Shown: positions 57,352 to 64,000 of the stretch, piece after piece
Position numbering within the stretch: the stretch's first letter is position 1
How the letters are laid out: the number at the start of each line of letters is the position of its first letter
From: an uncultured delta proteobacterium
GTDB taxonomy: Bacteria > Myxococcota_A > Polyangia > Polyangiales > Polyangiaceae
Direction: 5' to 3'
DNA length: 64,000 nt
Assembly (NCBI GenBank): GCA_963782055.1
Contig: CAWAIF010000003.1
Location: forward strand, 2,624,001-2,688,000
Notes under the pieces: generated by a model
Database searches by the model: none
Told to the model about the DNA's origin: nothing
The model's input: only the letters and a program-made list of their open reading frames with translations
Program-made: the position numbers and the translations under genes

Positions 57352-57801
57352 CTACTGGCACTTCACCGTGCCCTGGCACGCCGCGTAGGCCGTCTTGCAG
57401 CCGGGCGTGCCCAGACACGTCTGTAGCGCGGACGACTCTGCCTGGCAGTGCGCCAGGACGCAGCTCGTGTCGGAGGACGCGCACGGCGCGGGGCCGGCCT
57501 CGGTCGCGGTCGTCGCGTCGGTGATGCACTGGGTGTACGCCGGGTACTCGACGGGGCAGCAGCTCGTCGCGGCGTCGTCGATGCATGTGGTGCACGCGGG
57601 CGTGTAGCAGGCGGTCTCGCAACCGGAGTCGCCGTTGCACGCGCACATGCAGTCGTGAACCGTCTCGCCGCACTTCCCGTAGTCGGGCGTCGCCGCGTCG
57701 CCTCCGTCATCGGTCGCCGCGTCGCTCGTCCCGGCGTCGATGCCGGACGCCGACGTGCCGCCGCACGCGGCGAGGAGGCAGAGGATCCCGAGGGCGCGCA
57801 T
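57352..57801 (-). CDS. Small Cys-rich lipoprotein
   Basis: LAAC lipobox; CxxxC-type spacing over the C-terminal ~105 aa. Confidence 0.75.
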   Translation of the reverse strand: MRALGILCLLAACGGTSASGIDAGTSDAATDDGGDAATPDYGKCGETVHDCMCACNGDSGCETACYTPACTTCIDDAATSCCPVEYPAYTQCITDATTATEAGPAPCASSDTSCVLAHCQAESSALQTCLGTPGCKTAYAACQGTVKCQ

Positions 57802-57990
57802 CCCTCGAGGCTAGCGGATTCTCGTCTCCTGCGGGGATCCTCCCCTCGATTTCGACCCGACGCGACGGGCGCGATGTGGGCCTTGTTCGCGGGCCATGGT
57901 TTGGTGAGTATCTCCGCCATGTCGAGCGTGCTCGCGGTCGTGTCCAAGGCGGTGTTCGAGGAGTCTCGAACGAGAATCGGAGGGATCCAC

Positions 57991-58346
57991 GTGACTGGCC
58001 GGTGTGTACTGGTGTTCCTCGCCCTCCTGGGGCCGCGGCCTGCGACGAGCTGGCGAATCGGAACCCGTGCGCGGGTGAGTGTCGGGCACGGGGGGCGTGC
58101 ACGAAGCGGGTCGAGGGCGGCGCGACGTACTGCGACACCACGTCCAACGAGGCCTGCCTCCGATCGGACGGTTGCCGGGAGAACGGCGACTGCTCCCTCA
58201 ACTCGGACCTCGGCCGCTGCGAACCGGCGAGCGTGGAGGATTGTCGGCGCTCGGTGGAGTGCAAGACACCCAAGCGGTGCTCGCTGAAGGAGGCCCACGG
58301 CAATGACATGCTGGGGGTCCACCTGCCGGCGTCGTGCGTCGAGTAG
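57991..58346 (+). pseudogene. Cys-rich lipoprotein gene with a 1-nt frameshift in a G run (58029-58032)
   Basis: GGAGG RBS + GTG gives MTGRCVLVFLALLG; one extra G joins it to AAACDELANRNPCAGEC... and restores a lipobox. Confidence 0.65.
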
Positions 58347-58360
58347 CGCGACGCGGCGAC

Positions 58361-58762
58361 TCAGGAGAAGTCGGTGGCCGGGAGCCCGACGCCGGGGCCG
58401 AAGACGGCGATGTTTTGACGCCCGTTGGGGTCCACGCGCAGCTCCAGCGTGGCGCCCGGGAGGACGAGAGGGCGCAGGTTGGCGGGGATGAAGAGCGAGC
58501 ACGAGCACTCGTAAGGAGGCTTGCCGGGGATCTCCACGTCGATCGACACGGTCCGCACCTCGTAGTAGCCGCGCGTCGCGTCGCCTCGCGCGCTCCGCTG
58601 CGATCCCACCTTGAGCAGGATCCCCCGGGCGGGAACGCCGTTCTGGAGGAGGGCGTAGCAATCCTGGGGCCCCGACAGCCACGACGACGCGCCCGGCGCG
58701 CGGGGCTTGCGGAAGAGGAAGTACAGGACGATCGCCGCGAGGGCGGCCAGGACGAGCTTCAT
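58361..58762 (-). CDS. Hypothetical membrane-anchored protein, last gene of the YbjQ operon
   Basis: N-terminal TM; LLQNGVPARGIL...VEIPGKPPY...PGATLELRVDP beta-rich domain. Confidence 0.75.
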   Translation of the reverse strand: MKLVLAALAAIVLYFLFRKPRAPGASSWLSGPQDCYALLQNGVPARGILLKVGSQRSARGDATRGYYEVRTVSIDVEIPGKPPYECSCSLFIPANLRPLVLPGATLELRVDPNGRQNIAVFGPGVGLPATDFS

Positions 58763-58764
58763 CT

Positions 58765-60222
58765 TCAGTCTCCTCCGGCCGCCTCAGCGGCCTCGGCGGC
58801 GACCTCCTGGGCGAACGTCGTCTGCTCGTCCAGCTCGGTCGCGAGCTCCTCGGCCTCCTCGGCCGCGATCTTGATGTCGTCCATGGCCTCCTCGCCCACG
58901 CTCTGCGCGTCGCGTCTCCGCCCGACCGGGAGCATCGACAGCACGAGAGGCGGCATGTCTTTCTCTCTTCCCTGCGGACCGGCGACGCGCCGGACGCCGG
59001 TCCCGAACCAGCTCACCTCGACGTCCAGATCGTTCAGCTCGCAGCCGGCGAACCCGCAGGAGACCTCGTGGATGTTCACCGTGAGGTCGCTCCCGATGAC
59101 GTACTCGGCAGAGGCGGCGTGCGCCTGCCGGAGGAGCTTGTCGGCGGCGATGGTGCGGGCTTGCTCGATGGCGTGCTTGGCCTGGGGGATCACCATCGGC
59201 GTGAGCCCGGCGTACTCGAAGGTGCACGCGAGCTGGACTGTCCCCGAGCCCTCGACCACGCAGTCGTAGTGGGTGACCTTGCCGCCGGCCACGACCTCGA
59301 TCCGGAAGGGCGTGCGGTTGTGGCCGCCCCGGACCGAGTACTGCTTCACGTTGACCCGGTAGTGGCCGCGCGGAGCCGACCCGTGCGCCCAGTACACGTT
59401 CTCGATGGGCGTGCTGCTGCCTCCGCTCACGTTCATGTCGACGTCCAGCTCGCCTCCGCACTGCGACTTCTTGTGCGAGAAGGAGATCTCCTCGCCGGAG
59501 GGAGGGACCACGTGCAGGTCGAGATCGTTGGTGTTGTTCCACAGGAGCGAGATGCGGAGCTCGCCGGTCGCGCCGCCCTCTCGCTGCAGGCGCTGGCTGA
59601 ACTCGGGATCAAGGTCGGTCGGGTTGAGGACGTGCCAGACGTGATAGCGGCAGAACTCGAACAGAAAGCCGCACGGCTGGAAGCCGTCCTGGTGCAGCGC
59701 CCAGACGTCCTGACCGGACAGATCGGTGAGGATGGGCTTGCCCGGCGGGTGGGCCATCCACGGCGCCTTGACCGCGGTGCCGATGACGGTGAACTCCAGC
59801 ACCTCGCCGCCGTTGTCGCCTCCCTTGCCCCGCGAGCCCATGGTGATCATGCGGTCGCGGATGTGCACGCCCACGACCGCGTCCGCCTCGACCAGCGCCG
59901 CCTCCTGCTGGAGGCGATCGAGCGCGAGGTGCCGCGAGCGACGGTGCGCGTCGCTGATGGCGGTGACCTCCTTCGTCTCGCCCCTGTAGCTGGAGATCTC
60001 GCCGACGTGGAACACGCTGCTCCCCATCACCTGGGCGATCGGCTCGCAGCCCGCGCCGCGCGCGAGAAGAAACTCGCTGACCGAGAGATCGCTCGTGAAG
60101 AGGCGGCGGTGCGCGCCTCTCTCCTCCGCCAGTCGCTCCTCGGCGCGCAGCGGGATGCCGCCCGCGGCGACCCGCTGGAGGCTCTTCTTGACTTCGATGG
60201 GCGGGCGCGTGCGGGAGCTCAT
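58765..60222 (-). CDS. Tandem YbjQ (UPF0145) domain protein with an inserted YfaP/DUF2135-like domain
   Basis: FTSDLSVSEF, ADAVVGV, IGTAV, DLSGQD; insert ISLLWNNTNDLDLHV...GELDVD...PIENVYW. Confidence 0.82.
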   Translation of the reverse strand: MSSRTRPPIEVKKSLQRVAAGGIPLRAEERLAEERGAHRRLFTSDLSVSEFLLARGAGCEPIAQVMGSSVFHVGEISSYRGETKEVTAISDAHRRSRHLALDRLQQEAALVEADAVVGVHIRDRMITMGSRGKGGDNGGEVLEFTVIGTAVKAPWMAHPPGKPILTDLSGQDVWALHQDGFQPCGFLFEFCRYHVWHVLNPTDLDPEFSQRLQREGGATGELRISLLWNNTNDLDLHVVPPSGEEISFSHKKSQCGGELDVDMNVSGGSSTPIENVYWAHGSAPRGHYRVNVKQYSVRGGHNRTPFRIEVVAGGKVTHYDCVVEGSGTVQLACTFEYAGLTPMVIPQAKHAIEQARTIAADKLLRQAHAASAEYVIGSDLTVNIHEVSCGFAGCELNDLDVEVSWFGTGVRRVAGPQGREKDMPPLVLSMLPVGRRRDAQSVGEEAMDDIKIAAEEAEELATELDEQTTFAQEVAAEAAEAAGGD

Positions 60223-60244
60223 GGGATCTCGAATCCTCGAAGGG

Positions 60245-61054
60245 TTAGCGGTCCAGAGGGACGACGAGGCGGGGCTTGGGCATCATCATCCCGCGGCGCG
60301 GATCGTCGGGGGCGAGGGGCGCGATGGCCGTGCCGAGCGCGGTGAACTCGACGATCGGCGGGCCCGCGGGCCCCTGCTCGCCGTAGGTGGCCTCGCGCAC
60401 GGTCATGCCGACGATCCCCTCGGGGGCGTCCGGGCTGCCCTCCGGCCACGCCTTGAACAGATCGTGCTGCAGCCGGTCCATGGCGAGCTCGCGCGCGTCG
60501 AAGAAGGCCTGCGTGTAAGGCGTGATCTCGGTGTCCTGGCCGCGGAAGGCCCGCAGGGCGCGCGGGTCGAGGCCGTAGACGCAGTTGCCCATCGCCACGG
60601 TCACCGGCCGGTAGCCGGCCGCGAGCAGGGTCGCGAAGTCGGCGGCGCTGAGGTCGCTGTCGAAGGGGGAGCCGTCGCTGCGATGCAGCGCGGGGGCGGT
60701 CTTGATCGCCTCGGGGCAGTGATCGCGATCGAAGAGGACGGCGGTGCCCAGCACCGTGCACTCGACCACCTGGCGCCCGCCCCGCCAGAGGTGGTGCGAC
60801 ACCTCCATGCGGACCTGGACCACCCCGTCGGCGTGGAGCGCGTGGGCCTGCTCGCGAAGGTCGGCGATGGCGAGGTGCCGGGCTTCGCGCATGGCATAGC
60901 TGAGCTGCTGGATCTCGCCGGTCGAGACGACCCAGTCGTAGGGGGTGCCGGCGCTGAAGACCGCCGAGCCGATGACCAGGCCGCAGGGGTGGAACCCGAC
61001 GCGCGCCAGGGTGACGAACTCGGTGGCCGAGAGGTCGCTGAGGGCGGGGGTCAT
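60245..61054 (-). CDS. Tandem YbjQ (UPF0145) domain protein
   Basis: SDLSATEF, ADGVV, LGTAV; second repeat SDLSAADF, GNCVY, ARELAM, LGTAI. Confidence 0.85.
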   Translation of the reverse strand: MTPALSDLSATEFVTLARVGFHPCGLVIGSAVFSAGTPYDWVVSTGEIQQLSYAMREARHLAIADLREQAHALHADGVVQVRMEVSHHLWRGGRQVVECTVLGTAVLFDRDHCPEAIKTAPALHRSDGSPFDSDLSAADFATLLAAGYRPVTVAMGNCVYGLDPRALRAFRGQDTEITPYTQAFFDARELAMDRLQHDLFKAWPEGSPDAPEGIVGMTVREATYGEQGPAGPPIVEFTALGTAIAPLAPDDPRRGMMMPKPRLVVPLDR

Positions 61055-62160
61055 TCTTCGCCTCCGGCCGCGGGCGCGGGCGCGTCGTTCGCCGAGAGGA
61101 TGAGCGTCGGCGTGTCGAGCTCGGGTGGCGCGCCGGTGGGGATGACGGCGGTGCCCACCACGAAGAGCTCGAGGACCTCGCCCACCTTCAGCGCGGCGTT
61201 GCCGACGTTCCAGGGATTGGTCTGCCAGGAGTGCTGGTGCTCCGACACGGTGACCCCGACGATGCCCTTGGCCCCGAGCGCCTCCGCCTCGTCCTGCAGT
61301 CGCTCGATCGCGAGCTCGCGGGCGTCGTAGAGCGCGTGGGTGTAGTCGGAGAGCTCGCGGCTGTTGGAGTCCTGCACTCGGTTCAGGGTCCGGGCCGGGA
61401 TGTAATAGACGCAGTTGCCCATCACCAGTCCGACGGGGCGGTATCCGGAGCGGATGAGCAGCCAGAAGTCCTGGCCGGAGAGGTCCGACTGGAACGGCTT
61501 GCCCGCGGCGTTGCGGTAGGGCTCGCCGCCTCGGTGGCGCACCGCGGTGCCGATGGCGATGAACTCGGCGCAGCTCGGGCCGAGCGTGTAGCCCGGCTGG
61601 CTGGTCTGCGACCACGGAGGCGGCGGGACCAGCGCCCATCCGGACCGCCGGCACCACGCGTCCCACTGCGTCGTGGCCAGCTCGGCCCAGGCGGAGAACC
61701 AGCCGGCGGGCGGCACCGACGCCGGCCGGATGAAGCCCGCCTCCTTCGACCAGCGCGACCAGACGCGATACTGCTCCCACTGGATCCGCCGCGGGTCCAT
61801 CGAGAGCTTCATGGTGAGCCGCATGCCGATGACGCCGTCGGCGCCGAGGGCGTCGGCCTCCTCCTCCATGCGGTTCATCGCGAGCTCGCGCGCGTCGTAG
61901 AGGGCCTTGGTGGTGTTGACGAGCTCGCAGCCGGGCTCGTGGGCGTCGACGCCGGGCAACGCGCGGCCCACCTGGAAGATGGAGGAGCCCATCACCAGCC
62001 CGACCGGATCGAAGCCCGCCTCGCGAACCAGGACGAACTCGTTGACCGACAGATCGCTCGTGAAGAGCTTGCGCGCGCGCATGCTCGCGATCCGCTCGCG
62101 CGCGTGGACGGGGAGATCCTGCGCGATCGGCGGCGGCGGAGCGTCGTTCACGGGTGCCAC
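61051..62160 (-). CDS. Tandem YbjQ (UPF0145) domain protein with a Trp-rich insertion
   Basis: FTSDLSVNEF, ARELAM, GADGVIG, IGTAV; SDLSGQDF, GAKGIVGV, VGTAV. Confidence 0.85.
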   Translation of the reverse strand: MAPVNDAPPPPIAQDLPVHARERIASMRARKLFTSDLSVNEFVLVREAGFDPVGLVMGSSIFQVGRALPGVDAHEPGCELVNTTKALYDARELAMNRMEEEADALGADGVIGMRLTMKLSMDPRRIQWEQYRVWSRWSKEAGFIRPASVPPAGWFSAWAELATTQWDAWCRRSGWALVPPPPWSQTSQPGYTLGPSCAEFIAIGTAVRHRGGEPYRNAAGKPFQSDLSGQDFWLLIRSGYRPVGLVMGNCVYYIPARTLNRVQDSNSRELSDYTHALYDARELAIERLQDEAEALGAKGIVGVTVSEHQHSWQTNPWNVGNAALKVGEVLELFVVGTAVIPTGAPPELDTPTLILSANDAPAPAAGGEE

Positions 62161-62161
62161 C

Positions 62162-62977
62162 TCAATCGCCCACGGTGAGCATGAGGTCCGGCTTGGCGAT
62201 GTGGTGATCCTCGCGAATGGGCACCACCGCGGTGCCCACCGCGCTGAACTCGATCACGCCCGGGCCCCAGGAGTGGTTGTTCTCGTCGACCACCACGCCG
62301 ACGATCCCGGCGGCGTCGAGCGCCTCGCCCTCGACCTGCATGCGCTCCATGGCGAGCTCCCGGGCGTCGTAGAGCGCCTGGGTCGGGCCGGTCAGCTCCT
62401 TGTTGTCGTCGGAGCTCCCCGACTGCGACTGGCCCACGTTGTAGACGCAGTTGCCCATGACGAGGCCGAGGGGGCGATAGCCCGCGTTGAGCAAGGTCCA
62501 GAAATCCTGGCCGGAGAGATCACTCGTGAAGGGGCGGTTTTCTGCACCACGAAAGCCGCCGTCCAGGCTCTTGACCGCCGTGCCGATCGCGAGAAACTCG
62601 ATGACGTTGTTGCTCCACGTGTGGAGGTTGAAGTCCAGCCGGACCGCCACCACACCGTCGGCGCCGAGGGCGTCGGCTTCCTCCTCCAGGCGGGTCATCG
62701 CCAGCTCCCGCGCGCTGTACATGGCCTGCGTGAGGGTGGCGAGCTCCTCGTTGACCGTGGTGCGGATCGCCTGCGCCCCGATCTGGTAGATGCTGCTGCC
62801 CATCACCAGGCCGAGCGGCTGGAAGCGCGCCTCCTTGACCAGGAGAAACTCGTTGACCGAGAGATCACTGGTGAAGAAGTGACGCTTGCGCATGCCCGCG
62901 AGCCGGTCGCGCGCGTGCTCGGGAAGATCGTCGAGCTTGAGCCGCTGGTGGGCCTGAGGTTCGTTCGCGTTCGCCAT
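62162..62977 (-). CDS. Tandem YbjQ (UPF0145) domain protein, first gene of the operon
   Basis: FTSDLSVNEF, ARELAM, GADGVVAV, IGTAV; FTSDLSGQDF, AAGIVGV, VGTAV. Confidence 0.87.
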   Translation of the reverse strand: MANANEPQAHQRLKLDDLPEHARDRLAGMRKRHFFTSDLSVNEFLLVKEARFQPLGLVMGSSIYQIGAQAIRTTVNEELATLTQAMYSARELAMTRLEEEADALGADGVVAVRLDFNLHTWSNNVIEFLAIGTAVKSLDGGFRGAENRPFTSDLSGQDFWTLLNAGYRPLGLVMGNCVYNVGQSQSGSSDDNKELTGPTQALYDARELAMERMQVEGEALDAAGIVGVVVDENNHSWGPGVIEFSAVGTAVVPIREDHHIAKPDLMLTVGD

Positions 62978-63090
62978 GGTCCCTCGATCTTGGTGACTGT
63001 GACGGAGAGCATAGGGGAAATTCCTGTGCCCTCTGCCGGGGAAAGTTGCCACGGACGCGAGCCGCGGGGATTGACGTATCCTGGTGGGCC

Positions 63091-63369
63091 ATGGGGCTCT
63101 CGGTGGTCGGGCTGGGCGGGGAGAAGTATCGGGTGACGGTGGAGGAGCGCGGGTCGTCCACGGTGCACGAGGTGACCGTCACGCCCGCCGACGTGGCGCG
63201 TTACGCGCCGGGCGCGACGGCGGAGTCGTTGCTCGAGCGCTCCTTCGAGTTCTTGCTGGAGCGCGAGCCGAAGGAGTCCATCCTGCGGCGCTTCGCGCTG
63301 CCGGTGATCGCGCAGTACTTCCCGGAGTACCCGGGGGAGATCTGCGAGCGGGTGGCCGCGCCGCGGTAG
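63091..63369 (+). CDS. Small conserved-looking hypothetical protein
   Basis: YRVTV...HEVTV...SFEFLLEREPKESIL...YFPEY; GC3-rich codons. Confidence 0.75.
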   Translation: MGLSVVGLGGEKYRVTVEERGSSTVHEVTVTPADVARYAPGATAESLLERSFEFLLEREPKESILRRFALPVIAQYFPEYPGEICERVAAPR

Positions 63370-63424
63370 GCACTTGGGAGGAGCGCCGCGCCCCCGACGC
63401 GGCGGGCGCAGGAGACGGCTGCGC

Positions 63425-64000
63425 TCAGAGCGGCTCCTGCTCGAGCGTCCTGGCGATGGCGTCGAGGGTGGGCACCGAGGCGGCGCGGGCCGCGAGCGAC
63501 TGCACCTTCTCGGTGAGCGCGGCGACCTGACGCGCGACCGACCTCGGCCCCGTGCCGCCCTCGCTCTCCTTGGCGGCGATGGCGCGGGCAGGATCGAGGA
63601 CGCCGAGCGCGGCGGCGTCGAGCGTGGGGTGGACCTGCTTCGCCACGTCCGCGCCCAGCGCGGCGAGATCGACGCCCGCCTCGCCCGCGCGTCGCACCAG
63701 CTCGCCCACCGCCTTGTACGCCTCGCGGAAGGCGACACCGCGTCGCACCAGCTCCTCGGCGAGGTCCGTCGCCTGCGTGAAGCCGGGCGCGAGGGCCGCG
63801 CGGCCGCGCTCGCCATCGAAGGTCACGTGGGGGAGGGCGAGGGTGACGGCGCCCACGGCACCGCGCGCGCGCGTCGCCGCGGCGAGGAGCGGGCCGCGGT
63901 CCTCCTGCTGATCGCGGTTGTAGCCGCTCGCCAGGCCCTTCACGAGGGCGAGCATCGCCGCGACGTCGCCCACCGCCACGCCGGCCTTGCCGCGCACCAG
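63425..64000 (-). CDS. argH: Argininosuccinate lyase, 3' part (continues beyond the window)
   Basis: LVRGKAG, KGLASGYNRDQQED, ATDLAEELVRRGVAFREAY, GGTGP. Confidence 0.92.
   Translation of the reverse strand: MVRGKAGVAVGDVAAMLALVKGLASGYNRDQQEDRGPLLAAATRARGAVGAVTLALPHVTFDGERGRAALAPGFTQATDLAEELVRRGVAFREAYKAVGELVRRAGEAGVDLAALGADVAKQVHPTLDAAALGVLDPARAIAAKESEGGTGPRSVARQVAALTEKVQSLAARAASVPTLDAIARTLEQEPL

Noticed and set aside
1..64000. tRNA, rRNA, transposase or integrase genes
   Set aside because: None recognised by eye; tRNAscan-SE, Infernal and ISEScan would be needed to exclude them formally

Overview
A very GC-rich, gene-dense chromosomal segment. Its gene style (Pro/Ala-rich lipoproteins, Ser/Thr kinase-ATPase-TPR giants, kinase/TPR and ECF/anti-sigma modules, a TIGR02265-like protein) points to a myxobacterium of the Polyangiales type; this is an inference. 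Housekeeping content: the 3' end of ccoG plus a DsbD_2-type membrane gene, a split molybdenum-cofactor/molybdate set (moaB, moaD; modABC, moaE, moaC, moeA), a DEAD-box helicase, epmA, grxD-bolA, argF and the 3' end of argH. Accessory content: a P450/TetR pair with twin operators, an ECF sigma module with a duplicated promoter motif, an ArsA/Get3-like ATPase pair, a 5x32-bp G-rich tandem repeat, a hyaluronan-synthase-like GT2, a broken YHYH gene, a DUF3160 lipoprotein and a ~7-kb glycosylation cassette (gmd, sugar C-methyltransferase, altered gmd paralogue, discoidin protein, GT-C, GT2-methyltransferase). The most unusual items are (i) a stand-alone contractile-tail sheath C-terminal domain fused to a signal peptide (50027-50443), with no other tail genes in the window and convergent on an orphan fliQ/sctS, and (ii) an operon of four tandem-YbjQ paralogues, two carrying different inserted modules (58361-62977). 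I saw no rRNA, tRNA, CRISPR array or transposase. All family calls come from motifs recognised by eye, not from database searches.
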